The notes below the pieces were generated by a model that had not been told where the DNA came from, made no database searches, and worked only from the letters and a program-made list of their open reading frames with translations. Both the position numbers and the translations under genes were made by a program. Of a stretch of 64,000 bases of DNA, positions 1 to 9,389 are shown in pieces (within the stretch, counting starts at the first letter, position 1; every line of letters starts with the position of its first letter). The stretch is from Flavobacteriales bacterium (GTDB taxonomy: Bacteria; Bacteroidota; Bacteroidia; Flavobacteriales_F; PHOS-HE28), in the NCBI GenBank assembly GCA_020635655.1, contig JACJZI010000005.1, positions 74,036 to 138,035 on the forward strand, written 5' to 3'.

Positions 1-399
1 CGATTGGATCCAGGTGAAACACAAATTCCCCAGAACCGCACCTTGGGAGCGCTAGGCCTTACTTATTGCCACGGTTTCGCCGCCCGTGATTCCCTCATGC
101 TCGTTCACGGTTGGACAATAACCGATGACGGCCCGGACCCCAACTGCACCATCAACTTATGTCCCGAGGACATCAACAGCGATGGTTTGGTCAAGTATGC
201 CGGAGCTGCGAACGACCGGGACCTTATCCTTCAATTCATTGGAGGAACCGTCCCGACCAACGTGGTGCCTTGTAGCGGCTGTCCAGAGGATGTGAACGGG
301 GACGGAGTGGTGAAATACTCCGGTGCGAGCAATGACCGGGACCTGCTCCTGCAGCGGATAGGCGGTACGGTGCCGACCAGCGTGTACGTCTGCCCCTAG
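1..399 (+). CDS. C-terminal fragment of a protein (5' end outside the window) ending in two dockerin/EF-hand-like 40-aa repeats
   Basis: The frame is open from the window edge, and the TTG at position 4 in the ORF track is an artefact. Two tandem units, CPEDINSDGLVKYAGAANDRDLILQFIGGTVP and CPEDVNGDGVVKYSGASNDRDLLLQRIGGTVP, carry D-x-N-x-DG calcium-loop-like motifs. GC3 is high. Confidence 0.55.
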   Translation, partial: RLDPGETQIPQNRTLGALGLTYCHGFAARDSLMLVHGWTITDDGPDPNCTINLCPEDINSDGLVKYAGAANDRDLILQFIGGTVPTNVVPCSGCPEDVNGDGVVKYSGASNDRDLLLQRIGGTVPTSVYVCP

Positions 400-498
400 A
401 ACGTTTCAGCCAGGACAGATGCCATTCAGGCACGGATGGACCCAAGGGCCAAAGGCCCCCGCTCATCGCGTCGTTCCAGCTGAACGACCGATCGAAGA

Positions 499-1464
499 TC
501 AGCGATAGCTTCCCGGGACCAGGTAGTTGGTCACGTAGTCCCCCACTCCCTCCTCCAACGGTGTGAACGGCTTGTCGTAGCCGATGCCCTTCAGCTTGGC
601 CATGTTGGCCTCCGTGTAGTACTGGTAGGTGTCGCGGATGTCGGCCGGTGTGTCGATGAACGCAATGCGCTCCTCCTTCTCCAAGGCCGCGAACACCGCA
701 CGGGCCAGGTCCAGGAAGGTGCGGGCCTTGCCGCTGCCCAGGTTGTAGATGCCGCTGTGCTTGCGGTGCTCCATCAGGAACAGGCACACGTCGCACACGT
801 CCTTCACGTACACGAAGTCGCGCAGCTGTTCACCGTCCTTGTAGTCGGGCCGGTGGCTGCGGAAGAGCTTCATGCCGCCGGTATCGTTGATCTGGCGGAA
901 GGCGTGCAGCACCACCGAGGCCATGCGCCCCTTGTGGTACTCGTTGGGCCCGTACACGTTGAAGAACTTGAGCCCCGCCCAGAAGTAGGGCTTCTCCGCC
1001 TGGGCCAGCGCCCACTTGTCGAAGTCGTTCTTGCTTTCACCGTAGGGGTTCAACGGCTTCAGCTTGGCGATGATGTCGTGGTCGTCATCGTAGCCGTGCT
1101 CGCCCGCGCCGTATGTGGCCGCGCTGGAGGCGTAGACCAGGGGGATGCCGTACGTCACACAGCGCTTCCAGACCTCCTGGCTGTAATGCAGGTTCAGCTC
1201 ATCGAAGATGGCCCGGTCGAACTCGGTGGTGTCCGTGCGTGCACCGAGGTGGAAGATGAACTGCACCAGCTTCTCGTTGGCGTCCAGCCACGCAAAGAAC
1301 TCCTTCCGATCGATCCTGGCGGTCAGCTGCTTTCCCGCGAGGTTGGGGGCCTTCTCCGGGTGGCTGAAGTCGTCCACGGCCACGATGTCCTGCCAGCCCT
1401 GTCCCAACAGTTCGCCCACCAGCGCGCTGCCGATGAACCCTGCCGCTCCCGTGACCACGATCAT
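499..1464 (-). CDS. hldD: ADP-L-glycero-D-manno-heptose 6-epimerase
   Basis: Starts MIVVTGAAGFIGS (Rossmann GxxGxxG) and contains YASSAATYG, FNVYGP.E.HKG.MASV and RDFVYV.DV, collinear with E. coli HldD/RfaD as I recall it. I moved the start to the ATG at 1464; the upstream 35 codons of the ORF are non-homologous. Confidence 0.9.
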   Translation of the reverse strand: MIVVTGAAGFIGSALVGELLGQGWQDIVAVDDFSHPEKAPNLAGKQLTARIDRKEFFAWLDANEKLVQFIFHLGARTDTTEFDRAIFDELNLHYSQEVWKRCVTYGIPLVYASSAATYGAGEHGYDDDHDIIAKLKPLNPYGESKNDFDKWALAQAEKPYFWAGLKFFNVYGPNEYHKGRMASVVLHAFRQINDTGGMKLFRSHRPDYKDGEQLRDFVYVKDVCDVCLFLMEHRKHSGIYNLGSGKARTFLDLARAVFAALEKEERIAFIDTPADIRDTYQYYTEANMAKLKGIGYDKPFTPLEEGVGDYVTNYLVPGSYR

Positions 1465-1492
1465 GGCCGCGAAGGTAGGTCCGGGGAGGAAC

Positions 1493-1520
1493 GATGAAGT
1501 GGGAAGGATGAAGTGGGAAG
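1493..1520. repeat. Exact tandem duplication of the 14-nt unit GATGAAGTGGGAAG (heptad substructure nnGrAAG)
   Basis: Read directly: 1493-1506 and 1507-1520 are identical. It lies in the divergent hldD / pterin-synthase intergenic region. Confidence 0.85.
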
Positions 1521-1624
1521 GAGCAACGAGAGCGGAGCATGCTGAACTGGCCTGCGCAGGGTCGCTCACCGTTGAAGCGGAACGTCGACCTCCATTGGCC
1601 GATCACCGACCGTGAACACCCCTG

Positions 1625-1632
1625 TATCTTTG
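1625..1632 (+). promoter_or_regulatory. Putative Bacteroidota -7 promoter box (TATCTTTG, consensus TAnnTTTG)
   Basis: Exact match to TAnnTTTG, 24 nt upstream of the ATG at 1656. Confidence 0.4.
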
Positions 1633-1655
1633 CGGCCGCTTACCAGGCAATCGGA

Positions 1656-2075
1656 ATGGCCATCGTCCATATCACGCGACGCGAGCGTTTCAGCGCCGCC
1701 CACAAGTTGTCCAGGCCGGATTGGAGCACGGAAAAGAACATGGAGGTGTTCGGCAAATGCGCCAATCCCAACTGGCATGGGCACAACTATGACCTGTGGG
1801 TGACCGTGAAGGGCGAACAGGACGCGGACACGAGCTTCGTCACGGACCTGAGCGCGCTGAGCGCGACGATCAAGGAACACGTGATCCGGCACTGCGACCA
1901 CAAGAACCTCGACCTCGACGTCCCCTTCATGAAGGGACGGTACAGCAGCACGGAGAACCTGGCCATCGCCATCTGGGAGCAGCTGGACGCTCCGGTGAAG
2001 GCGCTCGGCTGCGCCCTGCATCGTGTGATGGTGCAGGAGACGGAGAACAACTACGTGGAATATTTCGGACATTGA
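1656..2075 (+). CDS. 6-pyruvoyl-tetrahydropterin synthase (COG0720), eukaryote-like PTPS-II type
   Basis: RERFSAAHKL, FGKCANPNWHGHNY (C-x5-HGH) and DHKNLDLDVPF...STENLAIAIWE are nearly collinear with mammalian PTPS as I recall it. Start set at MAIVHI. Confidence 0.88.
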   Translation: MAIVHITRRERFSAAHKLSRPDWSTEKNMEVFGKCANPNWHGHNYDLWVTVKGEQDADTSFVTDLSALSATIKEHVIRHCDHKNLDLDVPFMKGRYSSTENLAIAIWEQLDAPVKALGCALHRVMVQETENNYVEYFGH

Positions 2076-2078
2076 GCC

Positions 2079-2717
2079 ATGGCTGAGGAAAAGGGGGTAG
2101 GGCCGGACGACGTGGTGGACGGCTACATGCGCCGGGAGCTGTTCAACCCCGAACGATTGGAGCAGCTTGGCGGTCACTATGCCGGGATCCTGGAGGCGAT
2201 CGGTGAGGACCCCCGACGTGACGGGCTTCAACGCACCCCCGAACGGGTGGCCAAGGCCCTCCAGTTCCTGACGCACGGTTATGACCTGGACCCGGCCGCC
2301 ATCCTTCGAAGCGCCTTGTTCACCGAGGAATATTCGCAGATGGTCCTGGTGAAGGATATCGAGGTGTATTCCATGTGCGAACACCATATGCTGCCGTTCT
2401 TCGGCAAGGCGCACGTGGCCTACATCCCCGATGGCCGGATCGTGGGTCTGAGCAAACTCCCCCGCGTGGTGGACGCCTACGCACGACGGCTTCAGGTCCA
2501 GGAAAGACTGACCAACGAGATCCGCGACTGCATCCAGGAGACACTGAAGCCCAAGGGCGTGGCCGTGGTGATCGAAGCCCAGCATCTTTGCATGCAGATG
2601 CGGGGCATCCAAAAACAGAACTCGGTGACCACCACCAGTGCGTTCACCGGGATCTTCCTCGACGACCAACGTACGCGCGAGGAGTTCATCGAACTGATCA
2701 GCGCGAGATTACACTGA
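2079..2717 (+). CDS. folE: GTP cyclohydrolase I
   Basis: Contains [37 protein letters not shown] and HLCMQMRGI. Confidence 0.95.
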   Translation: MAEEKGVGPDDVVDGYMRRELFNPERLEQLGGHYAGILEAIGEDPRRDGLQRTPERVAKALQFLTHGYDLDPAAILRSALFTEEYSQMVLVKDIEVYSMCEHHMLPFFGKAHVAYIPDGRIVGLSKLPRVVDAYARRLQVQERLTNEIRDCIQETLKPKGVAVVIEAQHLCMQMRGIQKQNSVTTTSAFTGIFLDDQRTREEFIELISARLH

Positions 2718-2808
2718 ACCGCATGTGCAGGGCCGAACGTCGTTCCCTTTGACCAGCCTTCGGCTTTCGACCTCCGATGATAGCATCCAACGACCCCAAA
2801 CTCCGAAC

Positions 2809-3552
2809 ATGAACGAGCAACTCCTCCCCACCGGACAGCAGGCGCAGGCCACAGGGAACATGGTCTTCGACCCTTCCGCGGTCCGCACCTTCCTGGCCAG
2901 TGTCTTCAGCTACATGGCCCTGGCCTTGATCATCAGTGGTACAATGGCCTGGTGGTTCGGTCATGACCTGGCCATGCTCCAATACCTCATCGACTTCAAT
3001 ACCGGCAAGCAGACCATCCTCGGCTGGGTGGTGCTCTTTGCTCCACTGGGATTGGTCCTCCTGATGGGCGGCATGGTGCAACGCTTGAGCGGGACCGCGC
3101 TTCTGGGGATCTACCTGATCTATTCGGCGCTCACCGGCATGAGCCTGTCCTACATCTTCCTGATCTATACGGCCGGATCGATCGCATCCACCTTCTTCAT
3201 CGCGGCCGCTGTCTTCGGGATCATGGCCGTGGCGGGTTATACCACGAGGACGGACCTCACCAAGCTCGGCAGCATCCTGTTCCTCGGGTTGATCGGCATC
3301 ATCATCGCGAGCCTGGTGAACCTCTGGCTGCAGAGCGATACCATGGGCTATGTGGTGAGCATCATCGGCGTGATCATCTTCACGGGGCTCACCGCTTACG
3401 ACATGCAGAAGCTCAAGCGGATGGGCGGCCATGTGATCAACGGGACCGAAGCCGCGCAGAAGATGGCCTTGATGGGTGCTTTGAGCCTCTACCTTGATTT
3501 TCTGAACCTCTTCCTCCTGCTCCTGCGCCTCTTCGGCGGACGGAGGAGTTGA
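2809..3552 (+). CDS. Bax-inhibitor-1/YccA family inner-membrane protein
   Basis: About seven hydrophobic helices, the TAYDMQKLK motif and a basic C-terminus. Start set at MNEQ (ATG at 2809). Confidence 0.85.
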   Translation: MNEQLLPTGQQAQATGNMVFDPSAVRTFLASVFSYMALALIISGTMAWWFGHDLAMLQYLIDFNTGKQTILGWVVLFAPLGLVLLMGGMVQRLSGTALLGIYLIYSALTGMSLSYIFLIYTAGSIASTFFIAAAVFGIMAVAGYTTRTDLTKLGSILFLGLIGIIIASLVNLWLQSDTMGYVVSIIGVIIFTGLTAYDMQKLKRMGGHVINGTEAAQKMALMGALSLYLDFLNLFLLLLRLFGGRRS

Positions 3553-3656
3553 GCAACAACTCGCGGATCCCCGAGCACCCTTACCGTCGGCCCAGTTCGC
3601 CGCCGAAGCCTCAGCGAAGGCGGGCCGTGTCGACCACACCCAAAGAACCTCCGCAG

Positions 3657-4532
3657 ATGAACGCCTACGTCTTCCCCGGCCAAGGCAGCCAGTTCCCGGG
3701 CATGGGCAAGGACCTTTACGAGGGCGATAGCAATGCCCGCATCTGGTTCGAGCACGCCAACGACATCCTTGGGTTCAACCTGACGGATGTGATGTTCAAC
3801 GGGACCGATACCGACCTGAAACGGACGAAGGTGACCCAGCCGGCCATCTTCCTGCACAGCGTGGTGAAGGCCAAGGTGATGGGGGATGCCTTTCGCCCGG
3901 ACATGGTCGCCGGTCATTCACTCGGCGAATTCAGCGCGCTGGTGGCCTCAGGGGCGATGGAGTTCTCCGATGGGTTGAAACTGGTGGCCGCGCGTGCGAA
4001 CGCCATGCAGGTGGCCTGCGAACAGCAGCCCGGCACCATGGCCGCGATCATCGGCCTGGAAGACACACAGGTGGAGGAGGTCTGTGCAGGCATTGACGGT
4101 GTCGTCGTGCCGGCCAACTACAACTGCCCCGGCCAACTGGTGATCAGCGGCGCTGTCGATCCTGTGAACGCCGCCTGCGAGGCGCTGAAAGCGGCTGGTG
4201 CGCGTCGCGCCCTGGTGCTGCCCGTGGGTGGTGCATTCCACAGTCCATTGATGGAGCCGGCCCGCGCAGAACTGGGCTCTGCGATCGAGTATACGCCCAT
4301 CATTGATCCGAAATGCCCTGTCTATCAGAATGTAGATGCCCGGCCACACACGGATCCCGCCCGGATCAAGGCCAACCTGATCGCTCAGTTGACGGCACCG
4401 GTCCGCTGGACCCAGATCATGCGCGCGATGCTGGCCGACGGCGCCAACAAGGTCGTGGAGGTCGGCCCGGGCAACGTGCTCCAGGGCCTGTTCAAGAAGG
4501 TGGACAAGGAACTGGTGACAGAGGCGGGATGA
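3657..4532 (+). CDS. fabD: Malonyl-CoA:ACP transacylase
   Basis: Contains FPGQGSQFPGMG, GHSLGEFSALV and GAFHSPLM. Start at MNAYVFPGQG. Confidence 0.93.
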   Translation: MNAYVFPGQGSQFPGMGKDLYEGDSNARIWFEHANDILGFNLTDVMFNGTDTDLKRTKVTQPAIFLHSVVKAKVMGDAFRPDMVAGHSLGEFSALVASGAMEFSDGLKLVAARANAMQVACEQQPGTMAAIIGLEDTQVEEVCAGIDGVVVPANYNCPGQLVISGAVDPVNAACEALKAAGARRALVLPVGGAFHSPLMEPARAELGSAIEYTPIIDPKCPVYQNVDARPHTDPARIKANLIAQLTAPVRWTQIMRAMLADGANKVVEVGPGNVLQGLFKKVDKELVTEAG

Positions 4533-4550
4533 ATCGGGGCCTGTGCACCC

Positions 4551-4988
4551 TCAGTTGTAGATGCGGAGCGAGGTCCCGTTGAACAGCGTGTGGTATTGCT
4601 GCAGGCACGTGGCGGCCGGACCTTGGGTCACGCTTCCGTCCAGGATGAGAAAGGCCGACCCGCAGCAATCCGCATCGCGCGCGATCACCTCCGTGCTGTC
4701 CACACTGACCCTGCAGTCGTTGGCAGGTTGGTACGGACAGTGCCGGTCATAGGCCATGAACTCATCCTGGCTCTTTCGGTATACCAGGATACCCTGTGAT
4801 CCACCGGTGAGGTAGAGCCATCCACCCGGAACTTGAATGTCCACATACGCCGGATTGTTCACGTTGATCGTGAAGTCGACCTGGGTATAGGGCACACCAC
4901 CTTGTTCGTCCTTGCGGCAGGCGAACAACAGGGCGATGCCCAGCATGCCGATGACCAACAGGGCGCGATGGAGAGGAGAAGGGAACAT
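4551..4988 (-). CDS. Lipoprotein with a Rieske-like fold lacking the canonical His ligands
   Basis: Signal peptide plus lipobox LLFAC. The C-terminal part aligns by eye to Rieske ferredoxins (ILVYR...FMAYDRHCPY...DCCGSAFLILDGSVTQGPA...L.QY), but the C-x-H and C-x-x-H boxes are not conserved. Confidence 0.6.
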   Translation of the reverse strand: MFPSPLHRALLVIGMLGIALLFACRKDEQGGVPYTQVDFTINVNNPAYVDIQVPGGWLYLTGGSQGILVYRKSQDEFMAYDRHCPYQPANDCRVSVDSTEVIARDADCCGSAFLILDGSVTQGPAATCLQQYHTLFNGTSLRIYN

Positions 4989-5044
4989 GCTAACGATGCG
5001 GCAAAGTTAGTCATGCCCGGTAGTGGCGGCCGTACTTTGCGGAC

Positions 5045-5335
5045 ATGTTCGACCGCAAGGCCTGGCTGATCGTGATCGCCCTGTTCGCCGTTCCTGTTGT
5101 CACCCATGCACAGGATGAGGGCGTGAGCCGCAAGCAGCAGGAGAAGATCCTGGCAAAGAAGGAGAAGCAGAAGAAGAAGGAACAAGCGCGCAAGGAGAAG
5201 GAGGACCGCAAGCAGCATCTGGCCATCCAGGACAAGGACACCCGCAGGCGGATCAAGCAGCACACCCGGCGTGCGGACCGACATGGACCGGGTCGTCACC
5301 GGGACCCCTTTTTGAAGAGGCTCTTCTCCCGTTAG
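5045..5335 (+). CDS. Small secreted Lys/Glu/Arg-rich protein (hypothetical)
   Basis: Signal peptide MFDRKAWLIVIALFAVPVVTHAQ followed by a highly charged low-complexity region (KKEKQKKKEQARKEKEDRK). I recognise no family. Confidence 0.45.
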   Translation: MFDRKAWLIVIALFAVPVVTHAQDEGVSRKQQEKILAKKEKQKKKEQARKEKEDRKQHLAIQDKDTRRRIKQHTRRADRHGPGRHRDPFLKRLFSR

Positions 5336-5591
5336 GCGTATGACCGGACCTGTATAGTCCGCATCACCGGAGGCGGATCGGGACTGGCATCATGACCCTT
5401 GTTAAGGATATCTTGCCCGAAGTTCGCATGCACATGCTCCCCCAAGTGCGTCATGATCGATCGTCATCGGACGGTCAGCTCTCTTGGAATCCGCGACTGG
5501 CGCGGGTTTCAGAGGGTTTGGCCGGAAGGAAAACTTTCTATCTTTACGCCCCCTCGTTGCGCAGTAACGCAGAACGCAAAACCTTCCGTTG

Positions 5592-8500
5592 ATGGTGAGA
5601 AGACTATTCTCCGCTATCGCCCTTGTAGTGTTCGGAACAATGGCCGCCGTGGCCCAGGTGGGCTCCGGCAGCTTGAAGGGCAAAGTGACCGACAAGAAGA
5701 CGGGCGAGCCGCTCCCCTTCGTGAACGTGGTGGTCGAGAACAAGGGCACACAGGTGGCCGGCGGGGCCACCGATTTCGATGGCAACTACTTCATCAAGCC
5801 GATCGACCCGGGCACCTACGAGGTCCTGGTGTCATACGTCGGTTATCAGCCGCTGAAGATCGAAGGGGTGGTGATCAACAACAACAAGATCACCTTCCAG
5901 GACCTGCAGTTGAATTCCGGTATCGAACTGACCGAGTTCGAGGTCGTGCAATACACCGTCCCATTGATCGACAAGGACGGCGGCGCCTCAGGAGGTACGG
6001 TCACACGCGAGGACATCGCGAAGATGCCCGGTCGATCCGCCGCATCCATTGCCACAACGGTGGCCGGTGCGAGCGATGCGGGGACAGGAGGCGGCATCAG
6101 CATCCGCGGTGCGCGGACAGAGAACACCTACTATTACATCGATGGGGTGAAGGTGCCCGCCGGTGCGGGCACCGGTCTGCCAAAGAGCGCCATCGAAGAG
6201 GTGCAGGTGATCACCGGCGGCGTGCCGGCGAACTATGGGGATGTGACCGGAGGGGTGATCAACATCACCACGCGCGGCCCGAGCCGGGAGTTCTTCGGTG
6301 GCCTGGAATACCTCACCAGCGGTTTCAAACTGGGCGATGACGTGACGGATATCGTCGGGCTCGACAAGTTCGCCTACAACCAGGTGGAGGGAAGCCTGAG
6401 CGGCCCGATCTTCTTCAAGAAGGACAGCGTGGGCAACAAGACGAACTCCGTGCTCGGATTCTTCCTCTCCGGCTCCTATTTGAACGTGCAGGACGATGAC
6501 CCGAGCTATCTGGGCGACTACCGGGTGAAGAAGGACGTACGCGACCGATTGCTGTCCGACCCCCTTCGGTTGATCCCCGTGGGCCAGGACCAGGCCGTCG
6601 TATACAACTCGGACTACCTGCGTGCGGACGATATCGAGCACCTGGACACCCGCCAGAACGCGGCGAAGACCACCTATCTCGCCTCCGGCAAGATCGACAT
6701 CACCACGACCCCGACGATCAACCTGACGGTCGGTGGTTCGTTCGAGTATGCGGACCGTCAGAAGTTCAATCGGGCCAATTCCCTTTTGAACGCGGAGAAC
6801 AACACCCGCCGGCGGGACATCACCTGGAGGGGTTTCGTCAAGTTCACCCAACGGTTCAACAGCCGGGAAGGCCAGGCGGGCGAGGAGAACAAGTCCAAGA
6901 TCAAGAACGCCTACTACACGCTACAGGTCGACTATTCCCACTATAACCAGCTGATCGAGGACGAGGTGCATGGCGACAAGTTCTTCGATTATGGCTACCT
7001 CGGCAAGTTCACCACCTACAGGGCGCCGACCTATCAGTTCGTGGACTCCCTTGGTGCGTTCGTCCATACCGGTTTCCGCGATACGCTCGTGACCTTTGTG
7101 CCAAGCGAGACCAATGCCGATGTCGCAGCCATCACCTCGCAGTACTTCAACCTCTATCCCTACCAGCCGTTCGATGTGCAGGGCCTCTTCGGTATTCAGA
7201 CCGAGCCGGGCCCCTATGAGAACCTGAACGAGATCACACGATTGAACGGTCTGCTGAACGGCGAACGTCCCCGTCGCCTCTATGACCTGTGGAACAACAT
7301 CGGGTTCCTGGACGACCCCGACGGTGGTGAATACTACAAGCGGCAGACCGACCAGTTCCGTCTGACCGCGTTCGGATCGGCGGACATCGGCCAGCATGCC
7401 CTGTCGATCGGTGTGGAATATGAACAGATCACCGACCGGCGATATGAACTCGTACCGATCGGCCTGTGGGGGCGCGCCAATGAGCTGGCGAACTTCCACC
7501 TGCAGGAGTTGAACAATGCCAGCTTGGACAATGCCTCCATTTCGTTCCTCGAATTGGGAGGCCAGAGCGTCGCGCTCTATACGTATGATCGCCTTGTCGG
7601 CACGGACCAGCCTTTCTTCGACCGCCAGCTTCGTACCTCACTGGGCCTGAACCCCGATGGCGCGGATATCATCGATGTCTTTTCGCTCGATCCCTCGCAA
7701 CTGGACATCAGCATGTTCAGCGCCGAGGAATTGATCAACGATGGCAACTCGTACGTCACCTTCAATGGGTATGACCACAAGGGCAACAAGGTCGATCGGT
7801 CCACCTTCGACGATTTCTTCGATGCGAAGGACGAGTTCGGGAACTACACGCGTATCCAGCCGGCCTTTCAGCCGATCTACATCGCCGGTTACGTGATGGA
7901 CAAGTTCGCGTTCGACGACATCATCTTCAACCTGGGTGTGCGCGTGGACCGGTATGATGCGAACCAGAACGTGCTGAAGGACAAGTTCCTGTGGCGGCCC
8001 GCCTATACGGCAGGTTCACCCGAAGCACAGGCGCTGCTCTCCGAAGGCCATCCGGACAACATCGGTGATGATTACGTGGTCTACGTCGATCGTCTTGTGG
8101 ACCCTTCACGGATCGTGGGGTACCGGGACGGAGAGACCTGGTACGACGCCAATGGTCAGGAGCTCGCTGACCCGTCCGTGCTGCGGTCATCCGAGGGGAT
8201 CGCGCCCTACCTCGTCGGTTACGATGATGATCAGAACGGGGACCTGACCGGCAGCTCGCTCAAGAAATCCGCGTTCGAGGATTACACGCCCGCTGTGAAC
8301 GTGATGCCCCGTGTGGCCTTCAGCTTCCCGATCAGTGACGAGGCCCTGTTCTTCGCACACTATGATGTGCTCACCCAGCGACCCACGAGCGCTTCACGAT
8401 TGGACCTGCCCGGTTATGCCTATATCCAGAACACCGGCAACATCCTGACCAACCCCGCCTTGAAGCCGAGCAAGACGATCGACTACGAGTTGGGCTTTCA

Positions 8501-9368
8501 ACAGGTCCTGAGCAAGTCCTCCTCGCTCAAGCTCTCCGCGTTCTATCGCGAATTGCGGGACATGATCGCGATCCGCAACGTGGCGGAGGCCTGGCCGCTT
8601 TCCTATCGCACCTACGACAACATCGACTTCGGAACGGTCAAGGGCCTCACTGCCACCTTTGACCTGCGTCGCACAGGCAATGTCTGGATGCGGGCGAGCT
8701 ACACGCTGCAATTCGCCGACGGCACCGGTTCGGACCCCAACACCAGCCTGGCGCTGATCAATGCGAACCAGCCCAACCTGCGCACCATCAGTTCGCTCGA
8801 TTTCGACCAGCGCCACCGGATCCAGGTAACGATGGATTTCCGCTATGGCGAGGGCAAGGATTACAACGGTCCCATGCTCTTCGGAAAGCCGATCCTGCAA
8901 CGGACGGGCCTGAACGTGGTGGCGATCCTGGGCAGTGGCACGCCTTACAGCCAATCCAGCACGATCTACCAGGAGGCTTCCATCGACAGCCACAACGGCA
9001 ATCACCGTCTGGACGGAAGCATCAATGGTTCGCGGCTCCCGTGGCAGTTCACCACGGATGCGCAACTGGATCGGGACATCACCCTGCATTTCGGCAAGGA
9101 CCAGGAGGGACAGAAGGCCAAGACCTCCAACCTGAACATCTACCTGCTGGTCACGAACCTGTTCAACACGCGCAATGTGACCGACGTGTACAGGGCTACG
9201 GGATCGCCTGACAATGACGGCTATCTCGCCTCGGCCCAGTTCCAGAACAACATCCAACTGCAGACGGACGAAGCCTCCTACCGCGACCTCTATGCCATCA
9301 AGGTCAACAACCCGGGCAATTTCGGACAGCCGCGGACCATCCGCCTCGGACTTCGTCTGGATTTCTGA
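5592..9368 (+). CDS. Very long TonB-dependent-receptor-like outer-membrane barrel with an N-terminal carboxypeptidase-regulatory-like domain
   Basis: Signal peptide. GSLKGKVTDKKTGEPLPFVNVVVE...GNYFIKPIDPGTYEVLVSYVGY (CarboxypepD_reg-like). Plug-like segment ISIRGARTENTYYYIDGVKV. C-terminal ...RTIRLGLRLDF aromatic terminus. The first ATG is at 5592; the ORF track starts at a TTG at 5589. Confidence 0.85.
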   Translation: MVRRLFSAIALVVFGTMAAVAQVGSGSLKGKVTDKKTGEPLPFVNVVVENKGTQVAGGATDFDGNYFIKPIDPGTYEVLVSYVGYQPLKIEGVVINNNKITFQDLQLNSGIELTEFEVVQYTVPLIDKDGGASGGTVTREDIAKMPGRSAASIATTVAGASDAGTGGGISIRGARTENTYYYIDGVKVPAGAGTGLPKSAIEEVQVITGGVPANYGDVTGGVINITTRGPSREFFGGLEYLTSGFKLGDDVTDIVGLDKFAYNQVEGSLSGPIFFKKDSVGNKTNSVLGFFLSGSYLNVQDDDPSYLGDYRVKKDVRDRLLSDPLRLIPVGQDQAVVYNSDYLRADDIEHLDTRQNAAKTTYLASGKIDITTTPTINLTVGGSFEYADRQKFNRANSLLNAENNTRRRDITWRGFVKFTQRFNSREGQAGEENKSKIKNAYYTLQVDYSHYNQLIEDEVHGDKFFDYGYLGKFTTYRAPTYQFVDSLGAFVHTGFRDTLVTFVPSETNADVAAITSQYFNLYPYQPFDVQGLFGIQTEPGPYENLNEITRLNGLLNGERPRRLYDLWNNIGFLDDPDGGEYYKRQTDQFRLTAFGSADIGQHALSIGVEYEQITDRRYELVPIGLWGRANELANFHLQELNNASLDNASISFLELGGQSVALYTYDRLVGTDQPFFDRQLRTSLGLNPDGADIIDVFSLDPSQLDISMFSAEELINDGNSYVTFNGYDHKGNKVDRSTFDDFFDAKDEFGNYTRIQPAFQPIYIAGYVMDKFAFDDIIFNLGVRVDRYDANQNVLKDKFLWRPAYTAGSPEAQALLSEGHPDNIGDDYVVYVDRLVDPSRIVGYRDGETWYDANGQELADPSVLRSSEGIAPYLVGYDDDQNGDLTGSSLKKSAFEDYTPAVNVMPRVAFSFPISDEALFFAHYDVLTQRPTSASRLDLPGYAYIQNTGNILTNPALKPSKTIDYELGFQQVLSKSSSLKLSAFYRELRDMIAIRNVAEAWPLSYRTYDNIDFGTVKGLTATFDLRRTGNVWMRASYTLQFADGTGSDPNTSLALINANQPNLRTISSLDFDQRHRIQVTMDFRYGEGKDYNGPMLFGKPILQRTGLNVVAILGSGTPYSQSSTIYQEASIDSHNGNHRLDGSINGSRLPWQFTTDAQLDRDITLHFGKDQEGQKAKTSNLNIYLLVTNLFNTRNVTDVYRATGSPDNDGYLASAQFQNNIQLQTDEASYRDLYAIKVNNPGNFGQPRTIRLGLRLDF

Positions 9369-9389
9369 ACCAAAGACAACACGCTTGAC

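Noticed and set aside
5336-5591. Possible riboswitch (for example cobalamin) or sRNA in the 250-nt leader of the TBDR-like gene
   Set aside because: I could not find a B12 box or any other riboswitch core that I recognise, only short palindromes (GCATGC, GATCGATC) and a small hairpin. The region is somewhat lower in GC and may simply hold the promoter. A covariance-model scan (Rfam/Infernal) would be needed to settle it.
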